A stretch of 64,000 nucleotides of DNA, taken from the NCBI RefSeq assembly GCF_006345805.1, contig NC_043006.1:89466001-89530000 (forward strand), read 5' to 3'. The stretch is from Octopus sinensis. Its lineage: Eukaryota. The stretch's first letter is position 1, and every line of letters begins with the position of its first letter. Positions 1 to 12,377 of the stretch are shown here, one piece after another. The notes beneath the pieces are model-generated. The model was not told the DNA's origin. It searched no databases and was given only the letters and a program-made list of their open reading frames with translations. Made by a program: the position numbers and the translations under genes.

Positions 1-398
1 CAGTTGAAAGAATCCGGGGTAGAGGTAGACCCACGAAGACATGGGATGACGTGGTCAAGCATGACCTTCGAATGTTGGGCCTATTGAGTCAAGTACATCA
101 ACATCAAAATAAAAATCAAATGAAAATAATAGTTGTGATACCCATGCTAGAGGCATGTAAAAAGCACCAACTGATCGTGGCCGTTGCCAATCCCTTCTGG
201 TCCCTGTGCCGGTGGCACATAAAAAGCACCCACTACACTCACGGAGTGGTTGGCATTAGGAAGGGCATCCAGCTGTAGAAACACTGCCAGATTAGACTGG
301 AGCTTGGTGCAGCCTCCTGGCTTCCCAGACCCCGGTCAAACTGTCCAACCCATGCTAGCATGGAAAACGGACGTTAAACGATGATGATGATGATGATG
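1..398 (+). mobile_element. RTE LINE 3' fragment (ORF C-terminus plus 3' UTR, (ATG)n tail)
   Basis: 1-85 translates to RGRGRPTKTWDDVVKHDLRMLGL, matching the RTE C-terminus at 44993-45394; UTR with AGGAAGGGCATCCAGC motif and ends in (GAT)n. Confidence 0.85.
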
Positions 399-420
399 AA
401 TTGTTCAAGTCTTTCTCTAA

Positions 421-1168
421 GAGATAGTATCAAAAAGTTTCCAGACTAGTTCCATAGTGCACCAACAGATGGCAGCATGTGGTTGCATACATATTAAGAG
501 CTAGTAATGATCTTCATGAAACAGTGTGTTGAGTGACAGTGTTGTGTTTACATTGCAAGTTGTGAAATTTGTGATCATGTGTATGCTGTGGTCTGAGATT
601 TTTGCCATGGACAGCAAATAGGAACAAAGAGCCAAAGTGAAAATTTGTGTTCAACTTGTGAAGTCTGCCACAGAGACATTGAGCATTTTTGACAAGATTA
701 CGTAGATGAGGCAATGGGTCATACGCAATGTTTCAGGTGGCACAGGTGCTTCAAAAGCAGAAGAACATCCTTGGAAGATGAAGAGCAATCTTGAAGGCCT
801 GTCATGAATGCTCCCACCAGAAATGTGGAGAAAATTCATCAGCTTGTGTAAGAGGATAGTTGGAGGACAATCAGTGACATTGCTGATGCTGTTGGTCTAT
901 TGAATGGGTCTGAGCAGTCAATCCTTACATTTGCAAAGAATTGGATTCTTCTTGGCCGCAATGCACCTATCACCAAGCTTTCCTCACTCATGAGTTTCTT
1001 GACAAAAAAAAAACATGGTATCGCTTCTGCACCCGACCTATTCACCAGATTTAGCACCAGTGGACTTCCATATCTTCTCTAAGATGAAAATGCAGCTCAA
1101 AGGTTGCCGTTTTCACACTGTTGTTGTTATTAAACATAACTGTTCTGAGAACTTTTTGATACCACCTC
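421..1168 (+). mobile_element. Degenerate, internally deleted mariner (Tc1/mariner) transposon
   Basis: TIRs GAGATAGTATCAAAAAGTTT (421-440) and GAACTTTTTGATACCACCTC (1149-1168); frameshifted transposase pieces KSATET, QCFRWHRCFK, RTISDIADAVG and YSPDLAPVDFHIF..MKMQLKG (mariner YSPDLAP motif). Confidence 0.85.
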
Positions 1169-1174
1169 ATAATG

Positions 1175-1420
1175 TGTGTGTGTGTGTGTACCCTTGTCTA
1201 GACAACAAGTGATGTTTGTAAATTGACATCTTTATCATACAAGAGAGTCTGTTCATTTCCAGTCTTTTGTGGAAGCATGTATGTCTGGTCAAAGGGAAAT
1301 ATTACTTTGTTTGGAAACAGGTAAGGGTTGGCAACAGGAAGAGCGTCCAGTCATACAAAATTTACCTCAGTGAATTCCATCTGACTCATCTAAGCATGGA
1401 TGTCAAAACGATGATTGTGA
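1175..1420 (+). mobile_element. tRNA-SINE 3' half with RTE-type tail (old)
   Basis: Same body and tail as the copies at 28915-29535 and 30983-31447 (CTTGTCTAGACA...GGAAACAGGT...AGGAAGAGCGTCCAG...ATGAT). Confidence 0.65.
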
Positions 1421-2781
1421 TGTTGTAAGTATGGTTTTGAGGAAGTGAATTGGTCAGAATGTCAGAATGCTTGTATTTGTTTCAGTTCTCAACATTCTGA
1501 ATTCAAATCCCACTGAAGTCAACTTTGTCTTTCAAATTTTCTGCTAATATCAAAGTGGTGATTTTCATTCTGATCGGACCACTGTCCTGTTCCAAAACAT
1601 GGGACAATTGTGGCCTAGGGCTATACAGATACAACAGCAGAAGCTGCTACAGCTGTTACCACCGCTACCACTGTTGGTGGTGGAGTAAAAGAAAAATCAG
1701 CTTTATAAGTTAGTGAAAACATTTTTCAGTTGAACAACACTCTTGTTATCATCATCATCACTTAACATCTGTTTTCCGTGCTGGCATGGGTTTGACAAGA
1801 GCTGGTAAGGTCAGGAGCTGCACCAGACTCCATTGTTTGTTTTGGCAGGGTTTTCTATGGCTCAGTGCCCTTCTTAATGCTAACCACTTTACAGAGTGTA
1901 CTGGGTGCTTTTTACATGACTTTATTTTGCTTATACAGAGCCCTAGGTGGACTTGGCCATTTGAGTATTAAATGCCTTGGCTATGAAAGCATTGCAATAC
2001 CAGTGATAAGACAGGAAACTCAGACCTGCTGGTTTTTCTATTCCATACTTTATTGACTTGAGCTATTTGTGTTCATGTGTCATGACATACTTTCTCCATT
2101 AAAACATTTATGGTTGAAATGAAATAGTTTAGTTCCCATGTATCAAGGATGAATTACTATCATGTGACCCATTTTACTAATTATAATTACTGTCATTAGA
2201 AATCATTTGAGTGTGGAAGAGTCCACAAAAGCAAAAACAAATAAATAGTACTACTATTAACTATCCAAATAATTACAATTACATACATTTTATCCACTGT
2301 CAATTATTGGAATATTGATGGGTTCACCCTTTTTGTTTACATAATAAATAAAGCAAAAACAAAAAAAATATGTGAAAAATAGATAAAATAAATAGCAAAC
2401 ATTTGAGATAAAAAAAATGCCTTCATTCTGTAGTTGAAATGATTTTAGCATTTCAATTTATTGCATTGGTAATTTTTAAAATTTAGAACCAGAACTTGGA
2501 AGTTCAGCTCCTAAATACTTTGCAGTCTGCTATTAAAGTAATTTCTTCCTACTAAGACTGGGATCGATTTATAAATGTCAGAAATGTATTGCCTAAAATA
2601 AATGGTAGGGGAATTCTGCATCAGTTTCAATGATGATAGGTGTCCATGTGTTAGATCAACTGAATTTCCATTCATGAAATTTGAGGCTAAGACCCACTGC
2701 ATACATGCTGTCAGCTGGTATATTCTACTTTAACCATAGGTTGATCAATACCTCATTTATACATACACAAATACAAGTTCA

Positions 2782-3160
2782 CAGTCTCCTGCATATCACA
2801 GGCATTTAGTGAGGACTTGACACAAGTCCTCATTAAAGGCCTGTGATATGTAGAAGACTGATTGGAAGAGCAATGCCTGTCATTGCCACAGATGGAGGAG
2901 GCAGGTTAAGGAGGGGCCAACAGCTTTGAAAGAGCACATATTCTGCATGAAGAATTTAAGCGTGCTGCTTGAAAGTGCACTGCTAGCATAGTGAATGGGG
3001 AAAGCTTGGTTTGTAATTTTTGCAGTCATGTACGCTTGTCAAGAGCAGGGTTCATTAGCCGCCAACAGAGCCACAAATGCAAAATATAAGTTAATGCTAG
3101 AGCACACAATGTTCCTAAACGTCAGCAATGGTCTTCCTCGATCGTGAGTGGACAGCCGTC
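2782..3160 (+). mobile_element. RTE (BovB-like) 3' fragment with fold-back at its 5' end
   Basis: Translates to KSSLKACD...WRRQVKEG...LVCNFCSHVRLSRAGFISRQQSH (degenerate C-terminal Cys/His motif) followed by tail ATGGTCTTCCTCGATCGTGAGTGGACAGCC; 2782-2819 is an inverted copy of 2823-2860. Confidence 0.7.
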
Positions 3161-3184
3161 ATGTATTTATGTATGTATGTCTCT

Positions 3185-4230
3185 GGAGAGACATCAAGTC
3201 TCAGTGGAGTCCCTCAGGGAACTGTACTGAGACTACTACTGTTTGTGGTGGCTCCCTCAGACAAGCTCTCAATCATACAGTCAGCCAGTCTCACCAGCTG
3301 TGATGATGATACAAAAGTATTGCAAGTAATCAAGGACTGCAAAATGACCTGAAAGCAGTATACAAATGGGCGAATGAAAGTAACATGCAGTTCAATGCTG
3401 AGAAGTTTCAAGCCCTCCAGTATCTGCCCACAATCAGATTACAAACAGAATACATGGGACCAGGGGTTAGTGTAATCCCAGAGTCAGAGCTGATGTGTGA
3501 CCGGGGGATTCCACATGAGTAATGATGCAACATTCCATATGAACATTAGCAAGATGGTAGCATTGTGCAGACAAGCAGCTGGATGGATTCTAAGATCATT
3601 TAGAGCTGCCAGGAAAAAGGATATCATGCTACTCTTATAGAGAACTTTCATTCTTGGTCATCTGGATTATTGCTCCCAACTATGGTCACCTCAGTGTGTC
3701 GAACTGATGGCAGAGCACAAGGCAACCCAACAACACAATACAAAACAGATTGACTTGTACAACAGGTGAGCTATGAGGAAAGGCTAAAGGATCTGAAGCT
3801 CCCTAGAGAGAAGGTGTGAAAAATATACAGTGATACACATATGGAAGATTGGGAATTAAAAGCTATAACTGCCACTAAACTGGACAGTATTGAATGGTAC
3901 CAAAGATCCTATCTACTTCATCTGGAATAAGTACTGTAACAACTTGGGTTTCAAGGGTTCGGTTTCAAGGGTTCACAACTATTCATCATTCTATCAAGCA
4001 ACCTCAGAAATTTGCGAGGTGTAGATGTGGAGGTCTTCAAAGAAAATCTAGAGAAATTTTCATCAGAAAGTAGACAAACCAACATTGTGACAGGAGGCAG
4101 AAAGGAGAGCAGCTCTATCCAACTCACTAACTACTTCACCAGAAACAGTACAGGAAAGAAACCCAGTCACACTGAAAAGCAGTGCTCCAATGTGGCCTCT
4201 GCTATTGGCTGAAACCAGTAAAGGTAAAAG
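3185..4230 (+). mobile_element. CR1-type LINE, degenerate RT and 3' end
   Basis: SGVPQGTVL..LLF, DDTKV, VYKWANESNMQFNAEKFQAL, LDYCSQLWSP and FKENLEKF motifs with stops and frameshifts; tail CAGTGCTCCAATGTGGCC...GAAACCAGTAAAGGTAAAAG. Confidence 0.85.
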
Positions 4231-4242
4231 ATATATATTTAT

Positions 4243-4308
<66 letters not shown>

Positions 4309-4320
4309 ATATATATATAT

Positions 4321-4450
4321 AGAAACACTGCCAGATCTGACTGGCCTGGTGCAGCCTTCGGGCTTGCCAGACCCCAGTTGAACCGTCCAACCCATGCTAG
4401 CATGGAAAGCGGACGTTAAACGATGATGATGATGATGATGATGATGATGA
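4321..4450 (+). mobile_element. RTE 3' tail fragment between microsatellites
   Basis: AGAAACACTGCCAGA...CCAACCCATGCTAGCATGGAAAGCGGACGTTAAACG(ATG)n, flanked by (TA)n. Confidence 0.85.
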
Positions 4451-4730
4451 TATATATATATATATATATACACATGAAGGCAGCAATTTGATTTCAAGTA
4501 ATGCCATTGTTTGATTGTTCTCTTAAATATGAACAACACAGATGTGGAAATGATGGGTGCTTCTGGCAACAAGTGTTCAGAGAGCTGATCACTAGAGGGC
4601 TTAGGTAAGCAATGACTTTGAATAAGCACTGACTTTGTATGTGGTAACTAACTCAGAGTGGAGAGAAAATGTAAAACAGGGATAATGGTGTTTTATAAAT
4701 AAATAAATATGAAAAATACAAGTGGAGTTT

Positions 4731-5009
4731 AAAGATTCATGACATCTGTTTTAGCAGCATTTTTCTTTTATTTATTGATGAATAGTTCAAATACAACATG
4801 AACAGAATCCACTCTCACCAGGTGATTTTAAACATAGGTAAGAGAAAAAAATTCAAATCAACTCCTGCCTGACAAAGTGAATAGATTTGAATTTTTTCTC
4901 TTACCTATGTTTAAATTCACCTGACGAGAGTAGACTTTTTTTGTCCTGTAACCAAATTATTCATCAATGAAAAAGAATGCTGCTGTTCAAACAGCTGTCA
5001 TGAATCTTT
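4731..5009. mobile_element. Inverted pair of PLE-like termini (about 130-bp arms, 23-bp spacer) with degenerate hammerhead motifs
   Basis: 4731-4860 is the reverse complement of 4884-5009; right arm has ATTCAC-CTGACGA...TCAAAC-AGCT-GTC-ATGAAT. Confidence 0.65.
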
Positions 5010-5236
5010 AACTTGCAATTGGATTGGTAGCCTACGTGTACATGTATACACACACATATATAAATTCATATATATGTGCATATATAAATAGATGTATACA
5101 TATGATATATCTATGTATGTGTGAGACTCGACCCTTTTCTGGTGTCCTGAATGTTAAAATATTTGGATTCTAATGAATCTTAGAACTGATTATATATATA
5201 TACGGCTAAGATCAAGGTCTAATATCTACTCTTATA

Positions 5237-5467
5237 TCATCATCGTTTAACGTCCGTTTTCCGCGCTAGCACGGGTTGGACGGTTTCGACCGGGGTCTGG
5301 GGAGCTCGGGACTGCCCCAGGCTCCAGTCTAGTCTGGCAGTGTTTCTACAGCTGGATGCCCTTCCTAACGCCAACCACTCCGCGAGTGTAGTGGGTGTTT
5401 TTTACGTGCCACCTGCACAGGTGCCAGAGGGGTCTGGCATCGGCCACGTTCGGATGGTGCTTTTTAT
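5237..5467 (-). mobile_element. RTE 3' UTR fragment
   Basis: (CAT)nCGTTTAACGTCCG...GGATGCCCTTCCTAACGCCAACC, reverse complement of the RTE tail. Confidence 0.85.
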
Positions 5468-5972
5468 GGGGGGGGTGCAGAAATATAGGGGAGCACCAGT
5501 GGGAGGGGTGGTTCAGAGGACAGGTACTAGGCAAGTAGAACGTAGGATATCGAGAGAGGGGTAATGCATGGTGAAATAGCGTATTGAAGAGGGGGGTTCG
5601 TGGTGGGGGGGTGCAGAAATATAGGGGAGCACCAGTGGGAGGGGTGGTTCAGAGGACAGGTTCTAGGCAAGTAGAACGTAGGATATCGAGAGAGGGGTAA
5701 TGCATGGTGAAATAGCGTATTGAAGAGGGGGGTTCAAAGAGTAGACACCTATAATGGCGGTGGGGGGGGTGCAGAAATATAGGGGAGCACCAGTGGGAGG
5801 GGTGAGCACCAGTGGGAGGGGTGGTTCAGAGGACAGGTTCTAGGCAAGTAGAACGTAGGATATCGAGAGAGGGGTAATGCATGGTGAATAGCGTATTGAA
5901 GAGGGGGGTTCAAAGAGTAGACACCTATAATGGTGGTGGGGGGGTGCAGAAATATAGGGGAGCACCAGTGGG
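5468..5972. repeat. G-rich tandem repeat, about 3.3 copies of a 137-176-bp unit
   Basis: GGGGGGGTGCAGAAATATAGGGGAGCACCAGTGGGAGGGG... recurs at about 5468, 5604, 5762 and 5938 with near identity. Confidence 0.95.
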
Positions 5973-5999
5973 AATATATATATATATATATATATACAC

Positions 6000-6460
6000 A
6001 TATGAATTGGTAAAATGGGCAGGTAAAATCCAGGCTACATATGTTTCCTAGCTAGCAGATCCTCTGACGTAATAATTACTCAAGTGGTACTCGGCCAGCG
6101 ACTCACCAGGCTAAAGATACCTGAATTATATGAAGGTTATTTTGTCATTAAGGAATCCCAAGTTAACTCACCAAAGATATAATTTGAAATGATTAGTGAA
6201 GCTGGAAGAACAGAGCAGAAAGTCCAAATAAAAAACAAAAAAGAAAACCCACAAATGTTTGAAGAAATAAGATGGTCAGTAAGTAAGAAGCTTGAAGGAA
6301 GAGGTCAAATATTTGAGAGGGGTGGGGAGAATTGTCTGAAGTTGTTAAGGATAAATAAAATGAGATGGGGGAAGAGGAAAGATTTAGTGTAGATGGATGC
6401 TGACTTTAGGGGAAAGGTCTTTGTGAATATTGAGTGGGGGCCACTTTACTATGTCTACAG
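6000..6460 (-). mobile_element. PLE-like 3' terminus with degenerate hammerhead (6032-6113)
   Basis: Minus strand reads TAGC-CTGGTGA-GTCGCTGGC...GCTAGCTAG-GAAAC-ATAT-GTA-GCCT; abuts (TA)n. Outer boundary uncertain. Confidence 0.5.
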
Positions 6461-6549
6461 TAAACAGGTACTTTGATGCATTCACACATAATCATTTATA
6501 AAGAAACAAAAATGCACATATATACACATATGTATACATACACACACAT

Positions 6550-6592
<43 letters not shown>

Positions 6593-6598
6593 CATACA

Positions 6599-6627
<29 letters not shown>
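6550..6627. repeat. (TAGA)n(TACA)n compound microsatellite
   Basis: Direct reading. Confidence 0.95.
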
Positions 6628-6629
<2 letters not shown>

Positions 6630-7799
6630 TTATATGCATGCAGTCAAAGATGTTTATGTTAACATATTTTGTATTATTCTATGTATAAATAGAAGAAATT
6701 CAAATTCCATGAAGTTATAACCAAAAATATTGACATGTTTCAAGTGTTTACAACCTGTGTAATTTTAAAAATATCTTTTATTTATTTATTTCCTGGCTGA
6801 TGACAGATCTGTTTTTATCTTTTACAAATGCAACCAGTTTCCAGAAAGAGTTGTGTTCTGCTATGATGTATGCTTATTTTGAACAAGACTTGTGGAGTTG
6901 GCAAAATTATTAGAGCATAAACATCGATTGAAATTATGGTATTTGTGCTGCTTCTCCAAGTTCAAAACCTGCTGAGGTCAGCTTTGCCTTTCATCCTTCT
7001 AAATGAAAATGTGTGGCCTTGTGGTCAGGTTGTTGCACTCAAACTTGTAAGAGCATGGTTTCAATTCCTGGATTAAGTAATGTGATGTGTTTTTAAGCAA
7101 AACACTTCATTTCCCATTGGTCCAGCCCATTCTGCTTTAAAATGAGTTCCAGTAATAGTTGAAAAGTTAACCCTATGACAGACCAGCACCATGTTTAGAA
7201 GGAAACCGGATTAAGCTTTGGGCTTTATGAATCCCAGAGACCATGAAGGAAAAGAAAATGAAGTAGGTAGTGCAGAACTGAGGTTGTTTTCTTTCCTTCT
7301 ACAGAGATAAAATCAGCTGTGCTTATACACAAAGCTGCAGATGATTCACTGGGCTTAGGAAAATGTCCAAGACAAGTTGTATGTCATACTAGAGCACTTA
7401 AGACTCCATCAGCTTCTGAGAGCCAATGAACAGAGGGAAGAAGTAATATGAGAAAGATGTTTATTTTAATATATATGTTGTTAATTGTTTTTTAATTCTG
7501 TTAGTCTGCAGAATATTTTACATACACTCACACACATATAGGCATATATGAATACGGTATTATAAAACAAGAACCATGTTCAACCAAACAAAATTATTGG
7601 ACAGTTTATATTTGACCTTTAGCTTGACTGCAAAAAATCTCTGGTTTTACTTTTTCAGTCATCTGTTTTGTGATGTTTTCTGTTTTGTGATGTCTGATTT
7701 TACATGACAACATTTGGTAACTTTGCATGGTTCTTAATTTATAGTATTGCCCCACCCCTGCCCCATAACACACACCCATTGTAACAGGAATACAATATA

Positions 7800-9650
7800 T
7801 CATCATCATCATTTAATGTCTGCTTTCCATGCTGGTATGGGTTGGACAATTTGACAGGAGCTGGCTAGGCAGAAGATTGTACTATGCTTCCCTGTCTGTT
7901 TTGGCAAGGTTTTTTTACAGGTGGATGCTCTTCCTAACACCAACCAGCCAGCAGAGTGGACTCAGTGCTTTTTACATGACACCAGCACAAGCAAGATTAG
8001 TTTTTGCATGGCTATTTTACAGCTGGATGCCCTTGCAAATGCCAACCAGTTTGCAGTGTAGACTGGGTGCTTTTAATGTGGCACCAGCACTGGCAGGGTC
8101 ACCAAGTAACTTGCAAGACAAGGAATTTTGAGAGGGGCAGGGGCATTTGAGGAGGTGTCAGGTGATGAAAGGTTATAGTGAGACAGAAACAGGTGTCTTG
8201 CTGAAGAGGAGATACATGGTTACCTTGGTTAGAGAGAGAGAAAGAAGGAGAGGAGAGAAAGAGAGAGAGAGAGAGGAGGAGTGATCAAGATTGAGGCCAG
8301 TAACGGGTGTGTTGCTGTAGATGAGATATATGGCTAACTAGTCAGAGGGAAGAGCAAGAGAGAGAGAGAGAGAGAGAGAGAGTGAGTGAAAGAGAACAGG
8401 AGTGCAAGAGAGCAGCAGAGAGATGGTGGGGTAGGGTGTGGAAAAAAGTTTTATTGTTGTTACATGTGAGTGGGACCCACAAGGCTTCTAGAACTTAGTT
8501 TTGCTGAGGTGGGTAGGTCTTCTTTGTAAGGCACAACATCCTGAGATCAGTCCTCACCACTTCATCCTATACCTTCCTGGATCTCCCTCTTCCATAAGTG
8601 CTATCCACACTCAGTGATTGGCACTTCTTTATACAGCTTTCTTCATTCATACGCATCACATGTCCAAACCTATGTAGTCTTCTTTCTTGCATGCTGCATC
8701 TGATTCCTTTTATGCTCAACTTTTCTCTCAATAGACTTGCATTTTGTTGTACATGCATACTGATTTCACACATCCAACTACCTCCATTCCTCTCTATTCT
8801 ACGCATGTCTTCTGCATTCAAAACTCAAGTCTCACTACCATGGAGTATAGCTGTTTGTACAAAAGCATCATACAATCTACCTTTCACTCAGAGAGAAAGT
8901 CTTTTGTTGCCAATAGAACTAAAATTTCTCTGAACTTCCTCCATCCTATTCTTATTCTAGAAACAATACTTTCAGAACATCTTCCACCATTGCTCATTTG
9001 GTAACAAAAACTATCCTCATCCTCAAGAGAGCCTCCTGATCATTTGGGAGAGTCTAATTCCCTGCTACATACAAAGACAACTTTGTATGCCAAATACAAA
9101 GACAACTTTATCCATTAATCTACCTGAGATTCCACTGAACTTCTTGTGTGTCTATAGCTTATGCTGGGTGCAATGAATAGAATTCTTTCCAACACCTTTC
9201 CTACAAATTCAGCAGGGCCATTTCCCTGATGGCAAGAGAGTTTTACCTGCTTTCTTGATAACAACTTTTGTCTTTGCTAGGTTAACTTTAAGACCCCTTG
9301 ATTCCAGGTTTGATTCCATATCTGGAATTTCTTCTCCAGTTCTGCTACAGATTCTGCAATAAGAGAGAGGTCATCGATATATAGTAGTTCCTATGGGCAT
9401 CCCATTTTGAATTCCTCTGTTATGGATCGAAAACTGAATCCTGGTGTACTTTAAATTCATCACTGTATTCATGGCCAATTCTCTTCCAACTGACAGCACT
9501 ACTCCTAACTTCTTTAGAGACCACCATATAACAGAACAGGGGACTCTGTCAAAAGTTTTTGGCCAAATACTTTTCCTGCAGCTGTCTCACTTGGAAGATG
9601 GCATCTGTGGTACTCTTCCCAGGTACAAAATCAAATTACACCTCATCTAA
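7800..9650 (-). mobile_element. Old RTE LINE (RT C-terminal half plus 3' UTR)
   Basis: MQERRLHRFGHVMRMNEESCIKKC...GRGRSRKV, WELLYIDDL and FDRVPC motifs on the minus strand; (CAT)n tail at 7800. Confidence 0.85.
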
Positions 9651-10214
9651 TTTAATTCTATTCCTAGTCAATTGAGCTATAGCTCTCTCTGTATAGATAC
9701 AAGTAAAAATTGTGAAGAGTGAAATGTTAATTTCTTCAAGTGGCCAAATAAACTGAAGGGGGAAATCTCAGTTTACAGAAACTTTACAATAAATTTGACT
9801 CTATGCACAGTATTGAGTCTGCATGTTGCCAACTGTTCTGTTGTTATTCTTAAAAAAAGGTTTGAAACAATAACCTTAATTTAATGTTTACACACATTTC
9901 CACCCCACCCAAATATACTGGATATCACCAACTGGTTTCCAATGAATATAAAGCCTATGCCATTTACAGAGTGCTTTTCCCTTTTGTCTCTAAACACACT
10001 ACACACAAATACACATACACACATACACACACACATGCCGTCCAAGTGCAAATAGAGATCAGTATAAACCATCAGATGGCAAAGGACTTTCATATAGAGA
10101 AAGATGATACTAAAATTATATTTCAGGCTTCATTATATTTATCTCTCATCTAATATTCATAAAATATAATATACTTTCAATAAAAATGTCAATTGTATAT
10201 CTATCATCATCATC

Positions 10215-10248
<34 letters not shown>

Positions 10249-10261
10249 TAATAATAATAAT

Positions 10262-10731
10262 AAAAGCAACCATACTCTGGGATATGCCGATACACACAGA
10301 TAGAGAAATTAAGGCCAACAGACCAGATATAGTTGTCAGAGATCATGAAGAAAAAAAATGCTTTCTAATTGATGTATCAATTCCGGCAGATGACAACGTG
10401 TCTCTAAAAGAAATGGAGAAACTCTCAAAATACAAAGACCTGGAAATAGAGGTAACTAGAATGTGGAATCTGAAAACAGAAACAATTCCTATCATAGTAG
10501 GTGCATTAGGCATGATAAAAAAATATTCAGACAAATACATAACAAAAACACCAGGACTTACAAACACATATAACATACAGAAAATTGCACTACTAGGCAC
10601 TGCACACATCCTACGCAGAACACTTTCCATACAATAACCATCAGAGCATCACAACAAATCACAGCACATACCCAAGGCACACAGAGCTACGCTCGGTAGT
10701 GAAGTGAAAGCACGCTATAAAAATAAAACTA

Positions 10732-10735
<4 letters not shown>
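10262..10735 (+). mobile_element. 5'-truncated R4/Dong-clade non-LTR retrotransposon (restriction-like endonuclease), young
   Basis: Open ORF ILWDMPIHTDREIKANRPDIVV...FLIDVSIP...EKLSKYKDL..E..RMW...IPIIVGALG (PD-D/ExK RLE); (TAA)n on both sides (10215-10262, 10735-10768). Confidence 0.9.
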
Positions 10736-10768
<33 letters not shown>

Positions 10769-11371
10769 TTTGTCAAGCAAGGATATTACATTACAGCAAA
10801 TGTGATATAATACTATATGGAAGACGAGTTGAAGAGATCCTGGCACAAATTCATCATCATCTGTTTGGAAATAGGCTAAACTTACAGTAGCTAGAAGAGA
10901 TTTCAATTTAAGCACGTTCTCTCGTCTTCTCTGAATCAATTCTATTCTGATAATGAGTAAATAATAAATGGATACTCAATGTGGATTAAGGCAATAAGAA
11001 CTCTAAGAAGAATTGAAAGCTGTCCATTTGCGTATCATGTGAGTATGTGAGTGCATAAGCATTTATGTATTGCCAAGCAATATTATCTCTTTCACAAGCA
11101 CTGGGTTCATTACAAATAAAGATTCTGTAAGTAAAATGTCTATTATAAACATATTAACATGTATAAGACTATCCTATCAATTTGAATGTTGTATGGAAAT
11201 ATTTTTAGTAACTGTGGGTTTTATATGTGGGTACAGTTTCCGCAATGTCAAACTTACAGAAATGCATTCCAAGAAGCCGTTGCATTTAATAGTTGTTGCT
11301 GTGACACCACAAACTGCTGTTTCTGTCTCTCTGTCTGTCTCTGTCTGTCTGTCTCTCTCTCTCTCTTTAAT

Positions 11372-11548
11372 ATCATCCTCGTTTAATGTCCGTTTTCCAT
11401 GCTAGCATGGGTTGGACGGTTCGACTGGGGTTTGGGAGGCTGCATCAGGCTCCAGTCTGATTTGGCAGTGTTTCTACAGCTAGATGCCCTTCCTAACGCC
11501 AACCACTCCATGAGTGTAGTGGGTGTTTTTTACTTGCCACCGGCACAA
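11372..11548 (-). mobile_element. RTE 3' UTR fragment
   Basis: Matches RTE tail (CATGCTAGCATGGGTTGGACGG...GATGCCCTTCCTAACGCC). Confidence 0.8.
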
Positions 11549-12377
11549 CACACACACACATATATATACATTCATATATGACATATATATGAGAAAGAGA
11601 GAGTTGTATGTGCACAAATGGGTTTCCATGTATATATATATATATTACCTCTTCCCCCTGTGACTCTTATTTTCTTTCCCTTCTCCAAAACTAATATTCA
11701 TCCTTGACTCCCTTATTTGCTATTCTTTGCATCTCCTACAATCTGCATTCCCTTCCTCTCACCATATGTTACCCACCTAGCACTCTTGTGAGTTTATCTC
11801 ATCCTCTCTCACTATCCCCCACACCTGCACCAATTCCCATCCTCCTCATATTCACCCTCTTTACCCTGAAGGTACATCCCTGACACCACATCATCACCAC
11901 CATCTCTCCTTTTCTAACAGGGGTAGCCAAGTATCCCCTCTCCAGCAAAACACCTCTCCCTATATCATATACTTGCCTCTCAACACCTGGCATGAAGCCC
12001 CTCCCTTAATACTACATGAAAGGGCCTTGTCTAGCAAGTTACTGAGGGACCTGACTAGTGTTGGTGACACAAACAAAAGCACCCAGTACACTGAGTCAAG
12101 AGGTTGGCATTAGGAAGGGCTTCAAACTGCAGAAACCCTGTCGAAACAGGCAGGAGTTTGACACAGTTCTCTGACCTGCTGGATCCTATCAAATCATTCA
12201 CAAACTTGCCAGCATAGGATACATGATGACAAATGTGAATGACGGTGATAACATATATATATATATGTACATATTTTTGTTTAGGCATTGTGAAACCTGG
12301 TGTAGAACTCAATATGCATATGTTTCGGAACAAAGTTAGTTAAGTACAGACCAGTAATAATAAAATGAGATGATAGT

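Noticed and set aside
7285-7447. Possible host exon after TTTTCTTTCCTTCTACAG
   Set aside because: Good acceptor but no recognisable protein, weak donor and no partner exons; needs RNA-seq.
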